DNA of 55,070 nucleotides. Source: a virus (lineage: Duplodnaviria; Heunggongvirae; Uroviricota; Caudoviricetes). The position numbers and the translations under genes were made by a program. Positions 29,734-36,441 of this stretch are shown piece after piece. How positions within the stretch are numbered: position 1 is the first letter of the stretch; the number at the start of each line of letters is the position of its first letter. The stretch is taken from IMG/VR virus record IMGVR_UViG_3300047444_000299, positions 128,001 to 183,070 of that record, one strand, 5' to 3'. The notes beneath the pieces are model-generated. The model saw only the letters and a list, made by a program, of their open reading frames with translations. It did not search any database and was not told where the DNA came from.

Positions 29734-30015
29734 TTGATGCAATTGACATTCGTGGAATTCATGATCGGCTACAAGGAATACTTCACCACCCGTGGTGAAA
29801 CTTGGTTAGGCGAATACATGGATGACCTGCTAGAACGCTCTGTAAGCTCGTATGAGCTGATTTCGAATGAAATGCAGGAACTGACACGGGTGATGTGGTT
29901 ACATGGCCCCAGAGACATCGCAAACTACGGCTACGCATGGTCTAAACGGGATCGTTTGGGTTACATGATGGCCGATTGGCTGGTCTATTTGGACACCGAT
30001 AAAAAATATTTTTAA
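29734..30015 (+). CDS. Hypothetical protein
   Basis: 93 aa ORF with AGGT RBS. Confidence 0.6.
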   Translation: MMQLTFVEFMIGYKEYFTTRGETWLGEYMDDLLERSVSSYELISNEMQELTRVMWLHGPRDIANYGYAWSKRDRLGYMMADWLVYLDTDKKYF

Positions 30016-30099
30016 AATATTTCAATTATTTTCGAATTTTTGAAAAACACATCGCTAAATACATATACCAAGTAAAAACTTCTTACTGAGAAATCAAAA

Positions 30100-30240
30100 A
30101 TGTCTGCAATGACTACCTCCCCAAAACGCTCCCTGAATAATGCTGGATATCCGGTACAGGATCGCTTTGCCTTTGATTTCGGCAAGCAAGAAGAATACGA
30201 TGGATTACTTTCGAAAGAGATTGACTGGGATTTGTTTTAA
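30100..30240 (+). CDS. Small hypothetical protein (46 aa)
   Basis: Manual translation MSAMTTSPKR...DWDLF. Confidence 0.4.
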   Translation: MSAMTTSPKRSLNNAGYPVQDRFAFDFGKQEEYDGLLSKEIDWDLF

Positions 30241-30258
30241 CCCGTCATAACGTTTTTC

Positions 30259-30291
30259 AAAAAGGGAATCCAGCAATGGGTTCCCTTTTTT
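30259..30291 (+). terminator. Intrinsic terminator
   Basis: AAAAGGGAATCC-AGCAAT-GGGTTCCCTTTTTT. Confidence 0.75.
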
Positions 30292-30294
30292 ATT

Positions 30295-30370
30295 GCGCTT
30301 AAAGTTCAAATGGATGAACGCCCGATTACGAATCGGGAAGTTGTGGGTTCGAATCCCTCTTGGCGCACCA
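30295..30370 (+). tRNA. tRNA-Arg (ACG), with stem mismatches
   Basis: CCCGA-TTACGAA-TCGGG, TTCGAAT, ACCA. Confidence 0.8.
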
Positions 30371-30385
30371 ATTTTGATGTAAATC

Positions 30386-30469
30386 GGATCAGACGGGACA
30401 CAGGTAGTCCTAGTGGGCTGTAACCCCATGCCGCTGGCGAAGTAGGTTCGATCCCTACCTGATCCACCA
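30386..30469 (+). tRNA. tRNA-Tyr (GTA)
   Basis: GGATCAG/CTGATCC, loop CTGTAAC, variable arm, ACCA. Confidence 0.8.
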
Positions 30470-30474
30470 ATTTT

Positions 30475-30600
30475 AGAATGCTAACAGCAAACTCAATCCT
30501 TTCCCGCCAATCCTTGGGAATATAGCTTAATCGGTAAAGCGTCTGGTCGTGATGACTGGGAGATTTCGGTTCGAGTCCGTCTTATTGAATGCATTCTGTT
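30475..30600 (+). ncRNA. ACAGCA-family RNA copy 1 (permuted tRNA cargo)
   Basis: AGAATGC-TA-ACAGCAA...GCATTCT-GTT. Confidence 0.75.
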
Positions 30601-30603
30601 TAT

Positions 30604-30679
30604 GTGCCTGTAGCTTACATGGTGAAAGCAATGGTCTGAAAAGCCATAGAGGTCGGATCGTTACCGACTGGGCACACCA
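30604..30679 (+). tRNA. tRNA-Phe (GAA)
   Basis: loop CTGAAAA; T-loop ATCGTTA; ACCA. Confidence 0.85.
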
Positions 30680-30760
30680 AATTATTTTGTTCCGAGACTA
30701 TTGAAAACAGAATCGGATCTGGTATGATCCTCCCCACGAACAAAATCATGGGTGACCAGA

Positions 30761-31156
30761 ATGGATCAAATGGTTGTTTACCGGGTTGAATGCCCAAAAA
30801 GCCGTCTCGGAATGTATTTCTCTAGCAGCTTTGCGCATCAGGAAATGTCCACTCGAACCCAGCACCCCGGCCCAACCGCCGATAATCGGTTGATGCTAGA
30901 GCTGCAATTGAAAAAGACCGAGTTGGGCGCAGAGGAAATTCGATTCAACCGGGCATGTCGGTTTGGGTTTGCATCAAAAAAGCAGATGCGTGATTGGATT
31001 TCCGAGGATGACTGGAAACGAAAGCTCGCAGATGAAGGTTTGATTGTAGCTAAATATCAGGTGCCGAAGGAACAAGTGGCTATTGGGCAAACTCAAGCGA
31101 TTTTTCATCCAATGCACGCCAAGCTGGTATCAACCATGTGTCCAACCAAGATTTAA
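30761..31156 (+). CDS. Hypothetical phage protein
   Basis: VYRVE...HPGP...FGFASKKQMRDW. Confidence 0.7.
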   Translation: MDQMVVYRVECPKSRLGMYFSSSFAHQEMSTRTQHPGPTADNRLMLELQLKKTELGAEEIRFNRACRFGFASKKQMRDWISEDDWKRKLADEGLIVAKYQVPKEQVAIGQTQAIFHPMHAKLVSTMCPTKI

Positions 31157-31172
31157 AAATATTTTGTAATTC

Positions 31173-31203
31173 TGTTTAGATTGAATCGAAACAGTGTTAT
31201 AGT
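31173..31203 (+). promoter_or_regulatory. Early-type promoter
   Basis: TGTTTAG-N18-TATAGT. Confidence 0.7.
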
Positions 31204-31209
31204 AGATTC

Positions 31210-31279
31210 ACAAGTCAGGGCAAGCCGGTTACTAGCCGGTCGCAAAGCTTCAAGTTATGCGAAACTGACTTGTTAACCA
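31210..31279 (+). ncRNA. Small structured RNA at transcript start
   Basis: ACAAGTCAG/CTGACTTGT 9-bp closing helix, internal hairpins, ends AACCA. Confidence 0.5.
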
Positions 31280-31340
31280 AATACCTAAACGCCTTGGGTA
31301 TTCGGATAGCGAGAATGTCGGGAGACATGCTTTCTATTTT

Positions 31341-31416
31341 GCGGATGTAGCTCAATTGGTAGAGCTTCTGCCTTCCAAGCAGAATGTTGCGAGTTCAAGT
31401 CTCGTCTTCCGCTCCA
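31341..31416 (+). tRNA. tRNA-Gly (TCC)
   Basis: TCTGC-CTTCCAA-GCAGA, TCCA end. Confidence 0.9.
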
Positions 31417-31435
31417 AATTCTTTGTGAGAATTAC

Positions 31436-31621
31436 ATGCCAAGTAAACAGCATATAATTGATGCAACCTTCCAGATCGCCAGTACGATGTATCGGAACCG
31501 GGAATGGCTTGATACATTAAGCCATGCTCAATTGATGGAATGGGTTGCAAAACAACTTGACGGTGTTGGAATCCCTACTGTGCCATGTGGTGCGTCTTGG
31601 GGCGTTCTGACCAAATCGTGA
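31436..31621 (+). CDS. Hypothetical protein
   Basis: 61 aa, ends PCGASWGVL. Confidence 0.65.
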   Translation: MPSKQHIIDATFQIASTMYRNREWLDTLSHAQLMEWVAKQLDGVGIPTVPCGASWGVLTKS

Positions 31622-31631
31622 GAAACATATT

Positions 31632-31880
31632 ATGAATTGTGGTTGCCCATTCGCTAGCTACGGTGTTAGCACGAAACATCGAGTATTGGTTGACTATCAA
31701 GGTCAGCGAAGCACGATGCTTATCGGTGATGGTCTGTTTCAGAAAATCAAACGCTTGACCGAAGAAACGAAACAAAAGTCTGTAAAGACTCGTATCGTTC
31801 ATGGTCAGACCTTGACGATTGAACAACAACGTAAGAAACAATACGTTGACCACCGAAACAAAATTCTGGGGTTGCACTAA
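31632..31880 (+). CDS. Hypothetical protein
   Basis: 82 aa ORF. Confidence 0.55.
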   Translation: MNCGCPFASYGVSTKHRVLVDYQGQRSTMLIGDGLFQKIKRLTEETKQKSVKTRIVHGQTLTIEQQRKKQYVDHRNKILGLH

Positions 31881-32101
31881 TGGCATTTCCGAAAGAATTG
31901 GCGCAGGTTCAAACAAACCTGACGCAGTTTGAATTGCAAGAAATCCGTGATGCTTTGCAGGTCACTACCCAGCCAAATATCGAATGGATCAAACCAATCT
32001 TTCTGTTGGCTGGTATGTGCCAAGCGGACTTTTTATTCAGGGGTCAGAAGTACACCCTGACCGAAGAATACGAATTGGTTATTTCAATTCGTAGAAAATG
32101 A
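31880..32101 (+). CDS. Hypothetical protein
   Basis: 73 aa, TAATG coupling. Confidence 0.55.
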   Translation: MAFPKELAQVQTNLTQFELQEIRDALQVTTQPNIEWIKPIFLLAGMCQADFLFRGQKYTLTEEYELVISIRRK

Positions 32102-32108
32102 TGTAATT

Positions 32109-32198
32109 GGTGTGTAGCGCCCAAGGGGGCAAACAGACTTGAAATCTGTCGCCACTGGTTAGTAGCCGGTGAGGGTTCGAATCCTTTATGCACCGCCA
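32109..32198 (+). tRNA. tRNA-Ser (TGA)
   Basis: ACAGA-CTTGAAA-TCTGT, long variable arm, GCCA. Confidence 0.88.
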
Positions 32199-32215
32199 AA
32201 TTTTGAGGAATTTTG

Positions 32216-32395
32216 ATGAATATTTTATTTTGGGTTGTGTGGATAATCTTTACCGGCTTTGATATTGGTTTCTTTTCCCAATACCACGAAGGTCGTGAAC
32301 CTGATGGTTGGAAGAAATACGCAATCGCGGTTGTGCCCGGTAGTGGTTTCTACTACAAGTGGCTAGCCGAAAAAGAATCAAAACAAAAATCCTAA
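32216..32395 (+). CDS. Small membrane protein
   Basis: GAGGA RBS; hydrophobic N-terminus. Confidence 0.6.
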   Translation: MNILFWVVWIIFTGFDIGFFSQYHEGREPDGWKKYAIAVVPGSGFYYKWLAEKESKQKS

Positions 32396-32397
32396 AC

Positions 32398-32428
32398 TGT
32401 TTAGGTTGACCCGAAACAGTGGTAGAAT
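32398..32428 (+). promoter_or_regulatory. Early-type promoter
   Basis: TGTTTAG-N18-TAGAAT. Confidence 0.7.
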
Positions 32429-32443
32429 AGATTCAAGTACAAA

Positions 32444-32518
32444 GCATCCGTGGTACAAGGGATGTGCATCGGCCTTCTAATCCGATATATGTTGGTTCGA
32501 ATCCAACCGGGTGCGCCA
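32444..32518 (+). tRNA. tRNA-Arg (TCT)
   Basis: GCATCCG/CGGGTGC, loop CTTCTAA, GCCA. Confidence 0.85.
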
Positions 32519-32523
32519 GTTTT

Positions 32524-32579
32524 TAGTTGCCAACAGCATACAAATTTCTAGGATAAAGAAACCAAAACGGCAACTAGTT
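32524..32579 (+). ncRNA. ACAGCA-family RNA copy 2 (short)
   Basis: TAGTTGCC-A-ACAGCAT...GGCAACTA-GTT. Confidence 0.7.
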
Positions 32580-32597
32580 AAAAGAATTTTGAAATTG

Positions 32598-32628
32598 TGT
32601 TTAGTTCCCCATCAACTTGTGATAGAAT
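32598..32628 (+). promoter_or_regulatory. Early-type promoter
   Basis: TGTTTAG-N18-TAGAAT. Confidence 0.65.
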
Positions 32629-32840
32629 GGTAACATAATGTGCGAATGTAGATGTGAACGAAATCATCGGCAAATAACCAATCAACAGATTTTCGTGATC
32701 GTTGATCGGGCCGAAGCTGCAATTTATTCCGCTGGTAGCGGGAATCGAACCAGCAGCAAGTTGTCGATTGAAAATGCGGTTCGCCAAGCTCTACAGACTG
32801 TTGATGCTCAATTAGCTCCAGCATGTAATTAAAGTTTTTC

Positions 32841-32872
32841 GGGGTTATTGATGGCGGATGCCAGCCCCACCA
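32841..32872 (+). ncRNA. 32-nt CCA-ended minihelix
   Basis: GGGGT...TGGC-GGAT-GCCA-GCCCC-ACCA. Confidence 0.45.
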
Positions 32873-32876
32873 GTTT

Positions 32877-32946
32877 TGGATACCAACAGCAAACCCAAAT
32901 ATATTTCAAACCATTTAATCTTGAAAGATAAAGACGGTATCCAGTT
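32877..32946 (+). ncRNA. ACAGCA-family RNA copy 3 (short)
   Basis: TGGATACC-A-ACAGCAA...GGTATCCA-GTT. Confidence 0.72.
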
Positions 32947-32951
32947 AAAAT

Positions 32952-33027
32952 GGCTCTATAGTGTTAGCGGAAAGCACGCTTGACTGTCTATCAGGAAGGA
33001 GGGATTCGAATTCCCTTAGAGTCGCCA
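32952..33027 (+). tRNA. tRNA-Asp (GTC)
   Basis: CTTGA-CTGTCTA-TCAGG, GCCA. Confidence 0.88.
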
Positions 33028-33048
33028 AATTTGATGTAATAGTTTCAT

Positions 33049-33124
33049 GGGTCGCTAATTCAACGGTTAGAATATCCGCCTTTTAAGCGGAAGGTTCCGA
33101 GTTCGAATCTCGGGCGACCCACCA
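33049..33124 (+). tRNA. tRNA-Lys (TTT)
   Basis: GGGTCGC/GCGACCC, loop CTTTTAA, ACCA. Confidence 0.92.
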
Positions 33125-33260
33125 AATGGAAACTCCCTCAGTTCTAACGCCTTCGGGTATCGACTGGTTTCTGTCAACGCCCAAGGGGATAAGCGTTGAC
33201 CCCCAAAGGTTCAGGGGTTTTGCGGTTTGATGATCACCAATAGAACCCAATCATCGATAT

Positions 33261-33335
33261 GTGGCTTTCGTCTAATGCCTAGGACACCATTCGCTCTGAA
33301 TGGAAATGTTGGTTAGATTCCAGCAAGCCGCACCA
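33261..33335 (+). ncRNA. Atypical tRNA-like RNA (loop CGCTCTG, T-loop TTAGATT)
   Basis: Full cloverleaf with ACCA but lacks U33, D-loop GG and C56. Confidence 0.65.
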
Positions 33336-33341
33336 AATTAT

Positions 33342-33427
33342 GGGTTGTCTGCTATGAGGGACAGCATTATTAACGCAACTTGTTTGTGTTGGTAATCCGG
33401 GTGGTTCGAATCCATCACAACCTACCA
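33342..33427 (+). ncRNA. tRNA-like RNA with elongated anticodon arm
   Basis: GGGTTGT/ACAACCT-ACCA, T arm GTGG-TTCGAAT-CCAT, long ATTATTAACGCAA/TTGTGTTGGTAAT arm. Confidence 0.6.
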
Positions 33428-33435
33428 ATTTTGAG

Positions 33436-33594
33436 GGTGATTCCTCGAAAGCTGTGTCATCGCACGTTAAATAGATGTCCTGACCGGAGGGGATATTTCA
33501 AAGGGGGCTTGCGATTGGTTCGATCAATCGTGCATATGAGAACGTATGCGGTTTTAGTCGAAGTATCTGAAATAGCGATATGGGAATTATCACC
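33436..33594 (+). ncRNA. YrlA-like RNA candidate (permuted T-acceptor-D module in long closing stem)
   Basis: GGTGATTCC...GGAATTATCACC closing stem; CGATTG-GTTCGAT-CAATCG, TGCATA/TATGCG, TATTTCA/TGAAATA. Confidence 0.55.
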
Positions 33595-33618
33595 GGTCTA
33601 ATCAGCCAGTTCGTTAAT

Positions 33619-33711
33619 GGGTTGTTAGCTCAATGTTGGTCAGAGCAATTGATATCACTAGCTAGAAGGGTATCTTTATGGAACGTAGTTCGAATCTGCG
33701 ACAATCCACGA
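33619..33711 (+). ncRNA. tRNA-like RNA with irregular anticodon arm, no encoded CCA
   Basis: GGGTTGT/ACAATCC, canonical D arm TAGCTCAATGTTGGTCAGAGC, T-loop TTCGAAT. Confidence 0.55.
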
Positions 33712-33969
33712 AATTCTCACTGGGTAAACAGTGAAATCCTCTGACATATAGGGATATGTCGGTTGGTCCACCAACCCTTAAATGGCGGCGTTTTCAGGTT
33801 ATCGATAAAACCTCGGCGGTTTTGTGGGTGACGTTACCATCCGATGGAGTTTTCATAGGTTCGACATTATATGAACCAATGTTGACTGACAAAGTGTCCA
33901 GTTATTGCATACTGAGTTCGAGGCGTTGCAACGCCGGACCCGAACTAAGCCTTTACCGGCGCTAACTAC

Positions 33970-34044
33970 GGGGGTGTCGTCTAATGCCTAGGACAACGTT
34001 CGCTATGAACGTGAATGCTGGTTAAATCCCAGCCAACCCCACCA
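33970..34044 (+). ncRNA. Atypical tRNA-like RNA (loop CGCTATG, T-loop TTAAATC), paralog of 33261
   Basis: Identical D arm TCGTCTAATGCCTAGGACA; ACCA end. Confidence 0.65.
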
Positions 34045-34053
34045 AATTAGATA

Positions 34054-34219
34054 GTGGTTCTATCAAATGCGTGTACCCGTCCTACGCTGACAACGGGAGG
34101 CTGACCCTTGCCGTCAACAGGGAAGTGGCAACTAAACATATCTAGTTGTACGCATGATGGGCGTGGTGTTTTGATAGCGATGAAAGTCGCGACGATCATT
34201 CACCGAAGGCTAACCACCA
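34054..34219 (+). ncRNA. CCA-ended multi-hairpin RNA
   Basis: TGGTT/AACCA closure then CCA; ATGCGTGTAC/GTACGCAT helix. Confidence 0.4.
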
Positions 34220-34271
34220 ATTCTTTGAATTCCAGATTGTTGAGCCTTTTGCTCCGATCTAAATAGAACAT

Positions 34272-34352
34272 GGTTCATATGACAAATGGCGCGTCACTCG
34301 GCTGTAACCCGATGCGGAAGCAGACTAGGTTCGATTCCTAGATGAACCACCA
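34272..34352 (+). tRNA. tRNA-Tyr (GTA), second copy
   Basis: GGTTCAT/ATGAACC, loop CTGTAAC, ACCA. Confidence 0.8.
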
Positions 34353-34357
34353 AACAA

Positions 34358-34443
34358 CGGTTGTAACGAATCCCCTGACCGGGGCTGGGTAGACGGTGAA
34401 TTCGTCAATCATCGCAGCGGTTCAAATCCGCAACAATCGACCA
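34358..34443 (+). ncRNA. tRNA-like RNA with non-canonical core
   Basis: CGGTTGT/ACAATCG-ACCA, T arm GCGG-TTCAAAT-CCGC. Confidence 0.55.
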
Positions 34444-34599
34444 AACATGCTGTAGTGCTTAATAGGCGAAGTAGGGCGCGTCAAGGGATTCCATCAAAGG
34501 CTTAGCGGCTTTGGGATCAATAGCCCAATCGGTGTAGCAACAGCCGGTGACAGTATGTACTGCGACCCACGTATGCAGTTTAAAAGAACAGTGGTCAAA

Positions 34600-34674
34600 G
34601 TGGATGTAGCCCAATGTAGAGGCAGCCCCATTTGCGGGGTGACAGTGTTGGTTGAATTCCATCCGTCCGCACCA
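34600..34674 (+). ncRNA. tRNA-like RNA with 6-nt anticodon loop
   Basis: GTGGATG/CGTCCGC-ACCA; GCCCC-ATTTGC-GGGGT. Confidence 0.6.
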
Positions 34675-34699
34675 AATTCGATCTAACGATCAACACGAA

Positions 34700-34779
34700 T
34701 GCTGTTGCTATATCAGGGGTGCAATCCCTCCATCACTGGAACGGTGATGTAATGAGAATGTGATATCTGTAACAGAGCA
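34700..34779 (+). ncRNA. Permuted tRNA-like module
   Basis: CTGTTGC/GTAACAG closure, T-like GGGG-TGCAATC-CCTC, CATCACTG-GAA-CGGTGATG. Confidence 0.45.
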
Positions 34780-34824
34780 GGGAAGTAGACCGCGATACTA
34801 GTCAGTGGTTAACTTCCCGGATCT

Positions 34825-34901
34825 GGGTGCGTAGCTCAGTTAGTAGAGCGGTCGGGTCGAAGCCCGATGCGTCAATGGTGCAATTCCATTCAAACCCACC
34901 A
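34825..34901 (+). ncRNA. tRNA-like RNA with tetraloop anticodon arm
   Basis: TCGGGT-CGAA-GCCCGA; T-loop TGCAATT; ACCA. Confidence 0.55.
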
Positions 34902-34924
34902 AATTTTGATGTAATGATTTCAAT

Positions 34925-35001
34925 TCCGTGTATAGCTCAGTTGGTAGAGCAGGCGGCTGTTAACCGTCAGGTCGTAGGTTCGAGTCCTACTACCGGAGCC
35001 A
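34925..35001 (+). tRNA. tRNA-Asn (GTT)
   Basis: GGCGG-CTGTTAA-CCGTC, GCCA; one bulged base in acceptor. Confidence 0.88.
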
Positions 35002-35069
35002 AATTCGATACCCCGATGTCTAAGGTAACGAACACTCGCTAGACCCGAAGTGTAAGAATCGGGTGACAA

Positions 35070-35149
35070 GGAGTTTTAGCTTAGTTAGTAAAGCAGCAGA
35101 TAACATTGGACACTGCAAGACGGTGGTGCATTTCCATCAGACTCCACCA
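35070..35149 (+). ncRNA. tRNA-like RNA with expanded anticodon loop
   Basis: GGAGTTT/AGACTCC-ACCA; GCAG-13 nt-CTGC. Confidence 0.55.
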
Positions 35150-35168
35150 AATTTATTGTGAGAGCTTT

Positions 35169-35417
35169 ATGTTTGATAAACGATTGCTTGAATTGAATTA
35201 CCCAGTTGTCGGTAAAGCGTTTGTTGAAAATGGCAAACGTCATCAAGTAGGACTTGTCCTAGATGGGTGGCGACGGTCTGGTCATTGGGTAGAAGGTGTT
35301 GCACATTCTGTGTATAAAGTTGGCGAAACTCCATTTTGGGTTAAGTTCTACGATAGACAGGGTGTCGAATATGTTATCGAACACAGTTGTCAATTTGAAC
35401 CCAGAGATTTGATATGA
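35169..35417 (+). CDS. Hypothetical protein
   Basis: ATG 35169 after GAGAG. Confidence 0.6.
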   Translation: MFDKRLLELNYPVVGKAFVENGKRHQVGLVLDGWRRSGHWVEGVAHSVYKVGETPFWVKFYDRQGVEYVIEHSCQFEPRDLI

Positions 35418-35539
35418 CCTTGACAAAGATTCCAATGGATAGCAAGAACCGAATGATTCGCCTTGGTGGTGGATTGAACGATGGTAACTGGTTTGTCCGA
35501 GTTGATTTGTGGTTCGTCGGTTTTCGAGTCACTAAATAA
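35414..35539 (+). CDS. Small hypothetical protein (41 aa)
   Basis: Manual: MTLTKIPMDSKNRMIRLGGG...WFVRVDLWFVGFRVTK. Confidence 0.5.
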   Translation: MTLTKIPMDSKNRMIRLGGGLNDGNWFVRVDLWFVGFRVTK

Positions 35540-35547
35540 GTTTACAT

Positions 35548-35635
35548 TCCAAGATGCGCGGAATTGGTATCGCACCCGACTGTTAATCGGACGACCGTAA
35601 GGTCACTACAGGTTCGAACCCTGTTCTTGGAGCCA
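35548..35635 (+). tRNA. tRNA with Asn anticodon (GTT) and long variable arm
   Basis: TCCAAGA/TCTTGGA-GCCA, loop CTGTTAA, V-arm GACC-GTAA-GGTC. Confidence 0.75.
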
Positions 35636-35739
35636 AATTTGATGCCATTGTTGGATACCCCTTTATTGGGAACCCCGACTTAGTATCAGGTAGCCGTTTA
35701 GGCAAGATTCAGTTCATGGACTGTAAAACCATGACTTAA

Positions 35740-35937
35740 CGTGGGGTAGCTCAGTTGGATTAAATCCCGAATGTTGAAAGCCGGAGAGCGCACCGGGGAT
35801 TAGACGCTAGGAGCCAGTCGGGGTGTGATTTGAAGGATGGGCGTTGCTTCCCGGAGAACAATCACGTCGTTATCGGTTTTTAAGAGCATCGGCATCTAAG
35901 CCGAAGGTCGTTGGTTCGAGTCCGGCCCCCACGACCA
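35740..35937 (+). ncRNA. tRNA body with ~120-nt insertion in D-loop
   Basis: CGTGGGG/CCCCACG-ACCA, TAGCTCAGTTGG...AGAGC, T-loop TTCGAGT. Confidence 0.65.
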
Positions 35938-35952
35938 AATTTGTTTCAAAAG

Positions 35953-35983
35953 TGTTTAGAATCTGTTTCGAGTGTGGTATGAT
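35953..35983 (+). promoter_or_regulatory. Early-type promoter
   Basis: TGTTTAG-N18-TATGAT with TGTGG. Confidence 0.72.
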
Positions 35984-36012
35984 TGATTCATATCCCAAAC
36001 AGAGATACTGAA

Positions 36013-36441
36013 ATGACTAGCGTATACCACCGCATCGGTACAGTTGACATCCAAACGGTTCGACTGGCCCAAGATAGCGAGTATGATCGAATCATCAAGC
36101 CGGGTAAGCAACCACCCGCCAAGGCTGAGTATTTTGGTCAGCGAGTCAAGCTTTTTAGTAAAGGTACTCGATTGAAGACCTTCTACAAGCATGGAACCAA
36201 ATGCTCGGCCTGCGGCCTAGAAGCTCAGTTCTATGCGGTTGAACGTCCATCCCACGAATCCGGTGATTTTCCATATCACCTGAATCTCTGGGGAATTGAT
36301 GTAAATGGTACTGAGGTGTTGTTTACCCATGACCATACCTTGGCACGGTCTGCCGGTGGTGCTGATAATATCGGCAATACCACAACCATGTGTTCGCCAT
36401 GCAATTTTGCTAAATCACTGACAGAGAAACGTGGGAAATGA
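36013..36441 (+). CDS. HNH endonuclease-like protein
   Basis: CSACG...THDHTLARSAGG.D...N....CSPCNFAK. Confidence 0.82.
   Translation: MTSVYHRIGTVDIQTVRLAQDSEYDRIIKPGKQPPAKAEYFGQRVKLFSKGTRLKTFYKHGTKCSACGLEAQFYAVERPSHESGDFPYHLNLWGIDVNGTEVLFTHDHTLARSAGGADNIGNTTTMCSPCNFAKSLTEKRGK

Noticed and set aside
28707-29762. 351-aa minus-strand ORF
   Set aside because: Antisense shadow of the codon-biased DUF2828 gene; no recognisable motifs
33361-33367. ACAGCAT as a tenth ACAGCA-family copy
   Set aside because: It lies in the D arm of the tRNA-like gene at 33342 and lacks the flanking 7-bp helix
33380-35042. ORFs 33380-33601, 33756-33965, 34459-34662 and 34827-35042
   Set aside because: Overlap tRNA or structured RNA elements and lack RBS or protein-like composition
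35759-35880. Group I intron or tmRNA
   Set aside because: Too short, located in the D-loop, no P7 core, no G3:U70 Ala acceptor or tag ORF recognised
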